Notes: a model not told the origin generated them from the letters alone. A DNA stretch of 60,000 bases from Amphiscolops sp. MND2022 (GCA_964187785.1 OZ076413.1:43340001-43400000); one strand, 5' to 3'. Shown: positions 37,550 to 50,353, counted from the stretch's first letter. Program-made: numbers and translations.

Positions 37550-40500
37550 TTCAACCGAGGATCCCCCTACCACATACGTCAACAACACAACGATTGAATG
37601 CAACGGTACACCAACAGAGGACTGGCTAAGACGACAAGCACTCGCTTCTATAAAAAGGCCATGTCCACAAACCGAACAAGAAGACACCTACACCCACGAT
37701 AAAGATTACAGAGACAACCCTTAGCAGCATGCAAATCTTCCCACCAAGCCACCCCTCATCAACGGAGAACTCCCCGTTGCAAGCCAGTTGGGACAAAAGG
37801 AAAACGCCCCCGACGACTGCCTATCGTCACAACAGAACAAAGAAGATAATCATGACTGCACCAAGACCTTTATGTTCCCAGACAATTTTCCCATAGCACT
37901 CAACTCAATCAAGGAATACGTAGCTGAAAAGGATGGGGAAGCATACATACCTCTCCACTCCACCATAGTCCTCAAAAGCTGAAGAAGAATGCTGTACTTG
38001 CCACTCGAATTCGGCGAAATAACAATGGATGGACTGGTCGATTCAGGCGCGTTCATCAATGCCATGTCCTGGTAAGACTACAATGTGATCAAAATGAATA
38101 GTGATAGTTGTGTCATAAAAGAATACCCCCAACCACCATTCAAGATTGAATGCGCAAACGCACAACTAGAGCAACCAATAGCCACAGCGGACATTCAGTT
38201 CAACATTGGAACATACACTTTCACAGATACCTTCGTCATCTTATCGAAAACGTCATTTCCTATAATAGGACTGAACTTTATGAGAAACCACCAAGCAGTA
38301 ATTGACACTGCCAACGGAAAAGTCAATTTCCCGCACGTCGAAAAGACGCTAGCCATGACAGACGAGATGAAAAAATGCAATCCGAAACCACTACAAATAA
38401 TGGCAGAAGGAAATCAAACACTACCGCCCCAACAAACAACAACAGTGAACGCAATAGTAATAACCACAAACATGAATGACGTCACCGATGCGGTACAACC
38501 ACTGCCACAATTTGATGAAACAGCAACAATCATCGTCGCACCAGCACTAGCGACAGCCCACAACAAAAGGCTCAACATCCGAATCGCCAACTTAACGGAT
38601 TTCCCTCATACAATAAAGAATCACACAAAACTGGCAGAACTACAAATCCTCAAACCAGAGGACACGAAACAAATACGACCAGTAGATGCCGCCGCACTCA
38701 AACTGCTAGAAGATCCTGATGACACCCACATGTACGTCAACGAACTCATGAAAGCCAACGAAACTGAACGAAGTGACAAAAATCTCTGGTTTCCCACACC
38801 TGAGAATCCAGGAAACGAAGAAGAGCACACACCAATCCAGTGGCGTATACTGAAAAAAATCCGTGAACTCATCAAGAAAGAAGAACTAGATCCAACAAAA
38901 GACCAAGAATCAAGAAAGAAAGTCCTAGACATGTTCCAATGGGAAGGCTCCCAAATCGAAGGTAATGACAGGAAACAACTTGAACAAACAATAACCGAAT
39001 ACAACGACATCTTCGCGCGTCATCGACTTGACATTGGCATCAACAACAACTTCAAGGTTAAGCTAACCCCGAAGTATGAACGCCCAATCTACACGCAAAG
39101 CCTGCCAGTACCAATAAACTTGAAAGAAGACCTAACAGTTGAATTGGCACTAATGCACAGATACGGCATCATAACGACTCTGCCGTTTTCAAAATATGCA
39201 AGTCCAATTTTCGCACAACGCAAACCAAATGGCAAATTGCGTCTTTTTGTCGACCTGCGAAAAATAAACGCACTGATCTCAGATGACTATATCAACAACA
39301 ACCATCCAGTTAGTACCTTGTCAGACGCAGCTCAACACCTAGCTGGTAAAAAGTTGTTTTGCAAATTAGACTGCTCGCAAGCATACCATTGCTTACAAAT
39401 GGCAGATCAAAGGTCCATAGAAATGCTGGCATTCAATTTCGCAAGCAGGACGTTCGCCTACAAACGCCTAGCACTTAGACAAAGTGATCAAAGCAGACCA
39501 GTGTGCACAATACGTGGATGACATTGGGATTGCGGCCAACTCAGTGACGCAGCTGATACGTAACATCCGAGCTGTTTTCGAATGCATCAGACAAGCAGGA
39601 CTTAAACTATCTATCGACAAATGCCATTTTGGAGTGACTGAAGTTGAATTCCTTGGAAGAACAAACACACCGCAAGGAATTGCCCCCAAGATCACAAAAT
39701 ACAAAAATTCTTGGCAAATGTACGATTTCCAAAATCAAAAAAAACAAGTACAAAGATACATCGGTTTTGTCAATTATTATTGCAACTACATCCCGCGATT
39801 ATCTGAAAAATTACTCAGATTCTTTGAGCTACTGAAAGCAGATAAACAAATCAAAATCACTGAAGAGCTACTCGACCACTACAAGGCTATCAACACAGCG
39901 CTGTCGCAAGCCTGCGGATTGGCTCTCAAGCAATCACAGGACGACAATACGTCCTAATGACGGATGCCAGTTTTCGAGCCTCTGGCTATGCATTGATGAT
40001 TGAAGAGGACAATGACAAAAAAATCAATTCCAAAAGGAAAACGTTCGCCCCAGTCGCATTTGGATCGAAAGTATTCTCCCCAGCTCAACTGAAAATGTCT
40101 ATCTATTGCAAAGAATTCTTAGCAATTTATCACGCATTTCTAGAATACAGTCACATACTGTGGGAAACGACACTACCGACACTCGTAATGACCGACAATA
40201 GGTCAGTCACGCGTTTCTTCCAAACAAAAGCCATACCGCCTACGCTGTGGAACGCGTGTGACTACGTGCTACAATTCAACTTTCACATAATGCACGTCGC
40301 TGGTACGCAAAACACTGCAGCCGGCTTCCTATCACGCATTGAACTTACTCCCAAAGAAAGAGTCGAATTGAAAATAAGAGAGGACATTACAATCCGACCA
40401 ATACAAGTCAACCTACAATCTACCGATGTCGCAGAGGAGGAACAACTTTTCTTCCTCCCAGATGAGACGATTGAAACTGACGAAGAAATACTCCTACAAA

Positions 40501-42386
40501 AAGAACAAGCACGACAAAATGCGCGCGATGAAGAGACGACAAAAAGAAAACTAGCCATAAAAGAAACGACACCAATCCCAATAAATAAAGCCTCTTACAC
40601 CTTCGGGGCAATAAAAGAGGACGCACGCATCAGAGTAGAACAAGACTCAAACCTAGTTTTCAAAGCAATTAAAAAGAAGTTGATATGCGAAGAATATGAC
40701 AAACATCTCCTACAAACTGACCCGACAGCAAAACGTCTTCTGGTCCATGAAAACAGACTCATAGTCAAAGATGGAATACTAATGCGCAAATACTACGGAG
40801 AGTGCGGTCTGGTTACACACCACCAAATACTGATCCCTGAGCATTTGATTACTGAACTCTTGAAAGCACTTCATGGACAAATGGGAAAACACCCAGGGAT
40901 CACAAAAATGATCCAAGAATGCAGATCAATTTATTATTACCCCGGACTAGCAAAACGGATCAGACAATGGGTGATGCGATGCGAAGACTGCATCAAATAC
41001 AAACGAATCAACAACAGTCAAATCAGACCGAAGATGATCAACAATACAGAACACGTCCTAGGTCCGGAGGACATTCTCGAAATCGATATATTGCCGAATC
41101 TACCCAATTCTGCAGGATACCAAAACATTGTAACGATGATTGATGTATTTTCACGCTACCTATTCGCATACCCAACACAGAACGTCACAGCGAAAACAAT
41201 CGGACGTTGCATTGTCGACGTCATGACAAGACACGCATATTTGCCAACACTGATACTATCAGATAAGGGATCTCAATTCCGATCAGAAGTCGTTGCAGAA
41301 ATAACTCAAATACTCGAAATCCAGATCAGCCACGCGTCTACGAAGCATGCACAAACAATCGGAATTTTAGAGAGAACTCATGCTTGAATCAAAACCGCCC
41401 TAAAAATATCGACGGGCGAAAGACGTTCAATGTGGCACAAATATGTCCAAATCGCAGTCATGAATTACAATACAACGTATCACGAAACACTGGGCTGCGA
41501 ACCATCTACAGTATTCCACGGACGTATACCCTACAACGTTCTTGATCTAAAATTGGGCATCAAGCCAAAGTGGAAAACCACGCCTAACTCGGACATAGCA
41601 GAACAACTACAAAAACAAATCAACAAAGTGAGAGCGACAGCGAAGGACAACATCATGCTGTCTTACCTCAAATACAAAAAATATTACGACCGCAAAGCGT
41701 CGGCGGCCCCGCTCAAAGTAAATGACTATTGCTACATCCTGAACCCGAAAGCCGACAATCAGTCGACAAAGTTCACGTTCCAAGATTGCATCTGGACAGG
41801 ACCGTATATTGTGATAAAAGCATTATCAAACAACAACTACACAATACGAAAACTTGGCACGAGATACACGCAAATGCTACATAGAATCCGAATACGACCT
41901 TACGTACCTGAACAGCGCTTGCCTGACGTCACGGTACGAGCCAATGACTACCTTCCTGATCCAGACGTTAAAGTCTCACACAACGAATGGTACGCGGCAT
42001 CATGGGAAATGGATTTTGGTAAGCAGATTGATGAACACGAAACATCAGAAAGTACAAGAAACAATCACCACGTAGAAATACAAGAAGTAACAAACACAAA
42101 GGACGAAGACACAACGCCACAAACGTCAAAAAGTTACATCGAAGATACAAACGATGTGGCGCCGCCGTCTTCGGGGTTTTCAAATCTTACCACGGACGTG
42201 GGGGATAACTCATACATACGACGCCCCCCACCCATTGAAAGTCCACCTATTCCCCCAAAATCACCGCCTACAGCTGTCGGATACAACCCGAGGAAAATAG
42301 CTAAGTACAATTTACGACCTAATCCTAAACCTAACGCTAATCTTGACTTCAGACGACTTACTACGACTATCACTACGACTCACTAG
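37500..42386 (+). pseudogene. Gypsy pol (PR, dUTPase-like linker, RT, RNase H, IN) disrupted by several stops and frameshifts
   Basis: GLVDSGA, YASPIFAQRKPNGKLRLFVDLRKIN, QYVDD, MTDAS..EFLAI..TDN, HGQMGKHPG..CEDC, IDVFSRY..SDKGSQF..ERTH, WTGPY. Stops near 37722, 37980, 38073 and 41385; deletion/frameshift near 39470. Confidence 0.95.
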
Positions 42387-42673
42387 AAAGAAAAGAGCAT
42401 TACTAAGTGTCCAGATTGAACCGACCTGACAACTTTAATTACTGGCATACCACGGCCTTTTTTCTCTTTTTCTGGATTGGTTTTTTTTACTCCAAAGACT
42501 TCTACACTATTTTGCTGGAGAGCCATCTATCATCAGCTAATTTTAACGCCAGCAAAATAAAATCACCAAACATACAACAAATACAACCCAATATATCAGG
42601 ATGAACTATAGAACTACAAAGACTATCACTACAATCTCAAAACAGCGGTTATACAGAGTTTCAGTTGCAAAGT

Positions 42674-45600
42674 TCACTCGCTCTTGGATTTAGCCCCCGG
42701 TCGTTTTCTAGTCGGCACTGGACTTTTCTGCCCATCTTTATCCTGATCTTTCACAGACTCTTTTCCTGAATTCTTCTTTGACGACTCTTTTTTAGCAACG
42801 GGCCCCTTATCGACTGGTTTTAACTCCTTTTTCTGTCCAAGTATAGCAGCCAAGGAAGACTCAGCAGTATACGTACGCTGCCTCGACGTCCCACTATCGG
42901 AACCAGATCCAGGAGAAGCAACAGCAAATGACGAAGAAGGTAGTACAGCAGAGCGAGGAGAACTACAGACACTTGACCCGCCCGAATCACCAGATTCTGA
43001 AAAACGAACACAGCGCGGCTGCGGGTTTGCACTGTGCAATTGTTTCGCGGCTTCACTCTTCTTATGGCTCAAATAAGTATCAAAAGCTGAAGAATATTTT
43101 TGCACAAAAGACGAACGATCACCACACGACACACCCTCCCAAGGGTCGAAACTAGCACAGGACATGAAATCGCGACTGCTGGCAATGGCATCACGAACTC
43201 CTTCCATTGTTCCCTGAGTGAAGAAAGCCCCCTGCTTGTACCCGGGGGAAGACACGAGACTTTGGACACCCCCCAGAGACGATGTCACAACGGCGAGCGG
43301 AACAGCACAGTCTTTCAAATCAATCTCAATGTCTGGCATTTTCTTTTGAGGGCGATCTACCACCAAACAGCACACTTTCAGCACCCGGACCAGGCTTCTC
43401 CGCGACATGAAGCTGTAATCAGAGAACAGATACTCGGTGACATCTTTGATCTGCTCTGCACTTTTTTCTGATTCTCGATGCCGCGACCTAGCATCGACAA
43501 CAAATGTGGCGAACTCATCGCGACTCGACTGGGCATCACAACCGGAGAGATAACCACAACGCTCGAGCACGCGAACAAGACGAGAGAACAACTGGAAGAC
43601 ATGATGATCGTCACCTTCAAGGAGCAGTTCGGGGCAAAAACAGTACAACCCCTGCAGGAAATCGGAAGATACGACCTGCTGGCCCAAGATAACGTCCACA
43701 AGACGATCCACAAATTCCCGCCAATGATTACGGAATTCACACATCATGTCAGTGTTCGATCGATGCAACTCGACTCCAAACTCATGGTTTTTCAGGAAAT
43801 CATCACTGCTAGCTTTCTCAAACGAGTCCAGTTTCGAAGGTTTCATGTATGAGTCCCAATCGTTTAGAGGAGGCAGACTAGACACCTTACGACTGCGAAC
43901 CAACAAGCAGTACACAAATTGGCATATCTCACTTTATGCATGGAATGCGTAGTCGCCACGTCCAGCTCTTTGTTTTACGAAAAAGCAGTAATCTAAACAC
44001 AACAGAGAACTAAGAATAGACTACCAAGACCACGATACCTAGACGACAACTTGACGACGACGGTGATCACACCACTCAGTTTACTAAATGATCTACAATA
44101 TCAACCACAACAGAACAGACAGAAAGAAATAACCAAAACAGCGTAACTTACACAGATCAAGAATGTGAAGCAGCATTCCCAGCCGCAGCTTGTTCGTTGT
44201 CTCGGAGTAGACAAGTGTGTCAGTGCCTCGCATCTAATTAACAACAATACGATGACCACTTAACCACGTGCACATGGTAAAGCACATGATAACGACACCC
44301 TACCGCAAGACTACAAAATAGCACTCTCAAACAAATCTATACCCACCTTGTCAGATTCGCTCTTGATATGCCGAGGACCCGTGTACCGGACGTACTCTCG
44401 GACAGTCTCCCAAATCGAAATCAGCTCCGACACAACTCCGCGCAGTTCATCAAAAGACACCTTCCCGGCGATCACACAACGGCGGAGCTCGGGCAAGTCC
44501 TCCATCCAAGGCTCCTCCAGGGCCCCGCGAAGACGCAACATCTAGAAGTCGACCATTGTGGTGACTTCCAACAGTCCTAAAATCTCCTGATGAGCCAAAC
44601 GATAACAGTGCAGGAACACATCTGTAGAAAACTCCCGAGCATACACAAAACGATGCCCGCAGAATCGAAGGGCTGACACCACGAATGCTGACAGGGAAGA
44701 AGGCTGAAGGCAAACTTGTTACGATGCGAGACAGGGACGACAACTCTGACTGAGGTACCCGCTGACCCAAAGGCTCGACATTGATGCAGATGTCCGACAG
44801 GGTATTGCCATCCCAAGTTAGTACGAAACAGTACTGGCCATCTGGATGCTCCTCAAAGCGAACACTGTAGCAATTAAAGGCTGTCACTCGCGAAATGATG
44901 GAGCGCAAAACCCGACGAAAGAGGGCACGACAAATCAACGACTAAAACACAAACCCCCAACTCAATAAGCTGCCACACAACTTTTACAAGCCGAACACGA
45001 TACGTCCACCAGGGACAGAGAAGAAAAAGAAGGAAAGAAAATAAACTCATCAATATGAAGATTACTAACCAGTGTCTCAGGACAATTCCAACGGAGGCTG
45101 TACAGGGGATTGTCACGCCCCAAAGTCGCATGGAAATTGCCCCACAGTTTGCGCAGCAAGGTGTAGCTGCCACCCCACCTACACAACTCTGCGACACAGT
45201 TCACCATAGTCAGCAAGGAAATCGTGGAATCTACCCGAGTACATGCCGGCAGCAGGTCCTCAGGGAAACTGAACCCCTCGTCTTTGTCCACTACATCTTG
45301 CTCCAGGTATGCCGCCCGCTCCTCTGACGTCAACTCTAGCGGTTTCATGAGCTGGTCGAAAACTGGCAGACCCTGCTGGACCCGGTATGCCACATCTCGA
45401 GACCAGTGGCGATCGCCGGAGTAATGGCGGACGAACTCCCTCGCCCCACGTGACAACATGGAAACATCACGCTTGCAGATCATGCAATGAAAGCGCGATG
45501 CCGACCCGTTGCTAGCTCCACTGACAAACAGACTAAAGATAGGGTGGTCGCCCACCATATCTTTTCGCAGATGGTGTCGGCTGCTGTACTTTTTGACGGG

Positions 45601-46753
45601 GCTCCCGCGCAAAGCAACTGCCTCCAGGCTGCTCTCCATCCGCGTCATGAGATCTTGCATTCCTACGAAACGACACGACTACGGATCAACACCATTCAAA
45701 CTACATCTATGGGATTAACATAGCCAACAAATACGTAGATACAGATCACAGAACCCTCATGGAAAGAATACTCACTCGCTAGAACGGGGCCAGCTTCAGC
45801 AAGTTCGGCCCTGGAAACGTCCAAATCACTGACTCCAGAGCAGCACAATCACCAGAATCTACGAAACAAACCAAAGTTGCATTTTGAATTGCCACACTAA
45901 CAGCCTAGCTCAATCTTCAAGAACAAAGAAATTTTCATTACCGCTCACAGTAAGCTGAGCAAGCTGCAAGTTTGCTGTCTGGACGCGCAACTGACGTTTT
46001 TTCTTCCCAGACGAGCCTGCCCCAGCTCTTTCTGCAGCAGTGGACGCAACTGTAACGTCAACATGTATGACCAAAAAGCCAACTGAAATAATAGCTAAGG
46101 AACAAACAAAAGATGTCAACCCTACCTCTCTTCCTGGAATCAGACGGCGTCAGTCCAGGGAATACTTTCCCGAATCCAGCCAAGAGTCAATTGAGGTGAG
46201 CTGGAGGTCTGGCCAATGATCCCAACTCTCGAAGATTCCGTCCCAAAGACGTCACCTTTCTCTCCGGTGGGGGATACTATCTCACCTCCGCAAGAAGAAT
46301 CAGTGACCAATTTCGCAGAGACAACGTCAAGCTCCGAACCTGACACAACAGGAGTCTCACCACCAACGGAGACAGGTGCAGAAAACCCACAAGGAACACT
46401 CACAGGCTCAGCAGAAGGGGTCACAGGAGAGGGGGTCACAGGCGGAACATCCAAACCTAAACCAGGAAGAGAAGTAGATATCGTCACGGGCTCTAGAAAA
46501 GAAAAACACATTCCCAGCATCGACGCGTCAAGAAAATCTAAGCTGTGAAAATATGAAACAGAAAAGGCCTATCTGATAGTAGTATTATTTCACAAAGCTT
46601 AATGGATCAGGGAATGAAGTACTTACCAACAACCCGTGGGCGAATGTCGTCTGCGTCACTCTGACGCACGTCTCCCTCCGAAAACACACAATGGGTTTCA
46701 TTACCGCTCTGGGCACCGGGATCAATGGAAGAAGCAGCGGGACGTGAGTCCAT
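42674..46753 (-). CDS. antisense multi-exon gene inside the Gypsy element: hAT-transposase-derived protein with a BED/TTF-like zinc finger and no catalytic triad; this copy is damaged
   Basis: Predicted exons with GT-AG introns: 46753-46627, 46492-46126, 46049-~45942, 45858-45776, 45662-45070, 44941-44347, 44233-44152, 43992-42674. Splice phases match if about 3 frameshifts and 2 nonsense codons are allowed. Finger FHCMICKRDVSM..RG..EFVRH...DRH. Blocks colinear with hAT: YSVRFEE, VSIRG, SIWETVREYV, LYCFCPE, RVLKVCCLV. Confidence 0.72.
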
Positions 46754-46811
46754 CGTGAAATAGCTCAAAATCTGAAAACAAAACCCGAAGATGAAGACAA
46801 CAACCAAAAAC

Positions 46812-47060
46812 TGACGTCATCATAACGGTGACAAAACCTAAAGCTGGCTAATCACCAACGAAATTGACGTCGGCATAACGTCGACAAAAGGTCATTAAGA
46901 TTAGGAAACTGATCCTATGATCTACAATGACGTCATCATAACGGTGACAAAACAAAAGTTAGCTAAGCTAGCGAAAATGACGTCAGCATAACGTTGACAA
47001 ACTTGGCTGAACGAAGCAAATTTGCAGCCATTAAAAAGCGACGTTGGCATAACGTCAACA
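46812..47060. promoter_or_regulatory. array of five ~25-bp TGACGTC-containing motifs between divergent accessory genes
   Basis: tgacgtc(a/g)(t/g)cataacg(gt/tc/tt)gacaaa at 46812, 46865, 46928 and 46978, with a degenerate copy at 47039. Confidence 0.75.
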
Positions 47061-47215
47061 CCTGATGAATAAAAGAGGATTGAAATGATTGTTCGACCAA
47101 TCAGAATTGAGGGATTTATCCCAATATTCTCCCTAATCCTAATTAATATCAAATTCATTGTGGAACAATTAAATACGAACGACAGCTGCAAAAGGAAAGA
47201 AATCTCATAAAGAAG

Positions 47216-47920
47216 ATGAATAATCTACTAGATGTATACGAGTTGATCGACATTTCATCGTCAAGCGAGGAGGAAGGCGAGATCACAAGAGCTTCTACCC
47301 CGTTACCTAGGGTCAGCAAAGAGTACCCCAGAATAGTTGTCGAAATACTGAACTCGTCGGCGGAAGCTACTGCAGACGAAGAAGAATTTCTCGACCTTTC
47401 TCTAGACTCCCTGGAAACTGAATGCAAAAGAATGAAACTTAGTGAACCTTACACGAGCTTCGAAACAGTGGAATCGGGACAGTACCCGCATTCGGAAAGT
47501 TCCGAAGAAGTGATGGCCGACTCCCCAGAGAGCCCAGATGAAAGCTTGTCCTCTGATATATTCATTGTTGAAACATCGGCAAACGATAAAGAGTCGATAA
47601 CGAGCAGTAAGGTAGCGGAATACCTCGAAAAGGTACACCAGGAAGACTCTTCTTCTTACTTCAGCACCACGTCGGGAACGCCAAAGAACATAGATTTCTT
47701 ACAAGCAAGCCCTTTGAACGACTTGGAGAGGAGAATTCAGACGGTCACCACTACTCCGACAATCGCCTCACAACTCAGAGCCCCGGGCTGCGTCAATCTT
47801 CTTACAAGAGCGTCCCTGTCACAGCCCGCTCCCGGTCTGGCTTGTGGTTGCCGACGACTGAAGATCGGAAGAGGACATGGAGGCACTCTGAGGTTCCCAA
47901 AATCTTATTTTAATTGGTAA
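47216..47920 (+). CDS. accessory sense ORF (234 aa), acidic/Ser-rich with several SIM-like motifs, ends inside the 3' LTR
   Basis: Intact ATG-to-stop ORF containing LIDISSSSEEE, IVVEILNSS, FLDLSLDS and DIFIVETS. Confidence 0.6.
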   Translation: MNNLLDVYELIDISSSSEEEGEITRASTPLPRVSKEYPRIVVEILNSSAEATADEEEFLDLSLDSLETECKRMKLSEPYTSFETVESGQYPHSESSEEVMADSPESPDESLSSDIFIVETSANDKESITSSKVAEYLEKVHQEDSSSYFSTTSGTPKNIDFLQASPLNDLERRIQTVTTTPTIASQLRAPGCVNLLTRASLSQPAPGLACGCRRLKIGRGHGGTLRFPKSYFNW

Positions 47921-50284
47921 CTCTAAAACCTTATCTTTGAAATAAACTGTGACTAGAAATGTGAAAATACATCTACGCTACGCAAACTTTAAATGAAAAT
48001 GAAAACAGAGAACGAAATGAGCCAAAATGATTTCACACATTTCCGGCAGGACGTTTTTATCACGTCAAAATAGAAACATTCGCCACCTGAAAACTTAATT
48101 AAGAATACGTCTTAGAATAAAGACCATAGACCGATCTAAATGAAAACATATTCAAAATTGTCAATCGGGAACGAACAACAAACAGATCTAAAATAGAAAA
48201 TACATTGAGATGGCACGCCGAAACATTTACGCCTTTTCTAAGAAAGGCAACTTAATTGCACTTTGGACAGCAATTAATGAAGAATAGGACGGTATCGCGT
48301 CGCTGAGCAAACAAATATTAAAGGTACATGCAAATATTACTATAATCGTGACGTCAGCATTCCGCCGCTAAGTAGTTAACGAGGTAGAAAGTATTCCAAA
48401 TCAGACGTCGGCGTGACGTCACAGCTATACCAGCTAGCTAGATTTCACTCCAAATTTACGTCAAAGCTACGTCCAATACCGGCAAATTAAGGCCAATGCT
48501 TATACGTACGTCCGCGTTACGTCAAAAGTCCATCAAAGTAGCTGTTTTAGTCCATCCCAGGATAGTGAAATGAATATCAGTATTACGGACTTGACGGAAA
48601 GGAAACGTTTAAGGACAATACCAAGCTCAACAAAGATAAGAACAAAAATATAACAAAATAGATTACGTCCAGCCTCGTCGATTTGAATACTGGTTGATTA
48701 AAAACGTTACGCGTTACAAAATAACCTGATTAGGGTTTTCCTACTCTTTATGTATATTGTCACAGTTTATTCTAAGAGAGAAGGCTGTTACTGTACTTTT
48801 TGTATTAACTATTACAGTCTTTGGACGCTATTTGAATAACTTGACGTCATTTGGACGTGTTTGTGCGGCAGTAAAATATGAACTGGAGAGAGCTATATTT
48901 TAATAACATAATCATATTTTTCCTAATGCTTTGTCTACATTTGTATCTTTTCACTATATCTATGTTCATTGTGGCCTCAGTTGTACGCGAGAATCACGGT
49001 TGAATATCTTAGCATTTGTAACTATTATTGTGACTAGTTGTGTTGCTCCGTTGATTTAAATTGCCGACGTCAGGACGTTGACCCATAATTTCGTGATTTT
49101 ATGAAGGTTTAATCGTGAGGATTCGTGCGCTTTGAATTTCATGATTATCACGTCATATTCCCGTAACCTCTTAGACAATTTCGTGGTAGCCAAGTGTTGC
49201 AGTTGAATCGATTTAGTACTCTAATGTAAACGTTAATGCTTCGTTGACTTGTTCTTATTAGTTAATAACCATCTAAATTGAGTCCAATTTCGAAATTGTC
49301 GCTAATCCTATAACTTTCGTTTCCACTTTTCCTAGCATCATTGGAAGTTCTAAAGCCCGAAAACATTAGTCACAGCATTTCTCTCAAGTTAAAATTCAAA
49401 ATCAAGCATTAGTTGTTCACGTCAGCGTCACCTCAGCGTCAATTTCTAACGAACCAAAGCAGTAAAACGGGGAAGCATTTCCGGTTTGACAGACTGAAGT
49501 AATATCTACTTCCTGCTTGGGAGGAAATAAAAAGGATGCCGGGATGAAATGATATGATTATGCTTGATGACTAATATGAGTTGAAGAACATCGTGTCTCA
49601 AAAATTGACGAAAAGTCGACGTAAAATTGGGAACAAATGATTTTTTTCACCGAAAATACAGGAAATGACTAATTGTTCGAAGGAAATCAGGATTTTAACT
49701 CGTGACCAAATGATGCTAGGAGGGTATATATATGATGATCTTGGTGGGCTGAGGGACTCAGTCTTTTGTAATTGTGTGATTCAGTTGAATTGTCAATTTC
49801 GCCAAACTCTAGTTTTCTACCTAACTCTGTTTGAAAATATCTCTGAAAGAAATTCAATTCTTCAAGATAAAACTTTTCTACAGCAAAATGTCAACAACAA
49901 GAAGCCAGAAAAGAAGGAATGATCAGCAAGAAGGTGATAGAAACGTAAGTGAAGGTTTTGTTTCGCCAATAGTAATGGAAGTTCCCTGTTCCTCGAACCA
50001 GGACGTAGAAGCGACGGGCCCATTCAGACCAAAATCGCCTCGAATTGAAAATAGCCTCTTGGAGAGTTTAAGGGCTTCTTTGAAGGAGGAAATAACATCT
50101 GAGATTAAGAATCTTCTCATCGAGTCCCAAAGGGAGATGTTGGAACTCCTCAAACCTAAAACAAGAGAGAACGTCAGAGGTAACTTTGATGAGGAAACGG
50201 AAAACGAAACTAGAAACTTTTATACTCCAACAAAATCAGTTAGGATAAATTCTACACAAAACGACCCGAATGTAAGTCGTAACA
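47817..50284 (+). repeat. Gypsy 3' LTR (2468 bp)
   Basis: tgtcacagcccgct...gtaagtcgtaaca followed by TSD gcagt. Confidence 0.97.
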
Positions 50285-50353
50285 GCAGTTTCTGCCATTT
50301 TAGATATTTATGGAGTCAACCATCTCTTTGGAAATCAACTCTGCTTACAGGAA

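Larger units (their letters stand above)
27369..50284 (+). mobile_element. Ty3/Gypsy LTR retrotransposon (~16.3 kb net of the nested Bel/Pao) with ~2.47-kb LTRs and an accessory region
   Basis: Direct repeats 27369-36460 (interrupted) and 47817-50284 with TG..CA ends (5' copy starts TT). TSD GCAGT at 27364-27368 and 50285-50289. PBS at 36461. Domain order gag-PR-RT-RH-IN. Confidence 0.97.

Noticed and set aside
42674..47920. env gene in the extra region
   Set aside because: No signal peptide, furin site or TM anchor in the sense ORF; the main gene is antisense and nuclear-looking.
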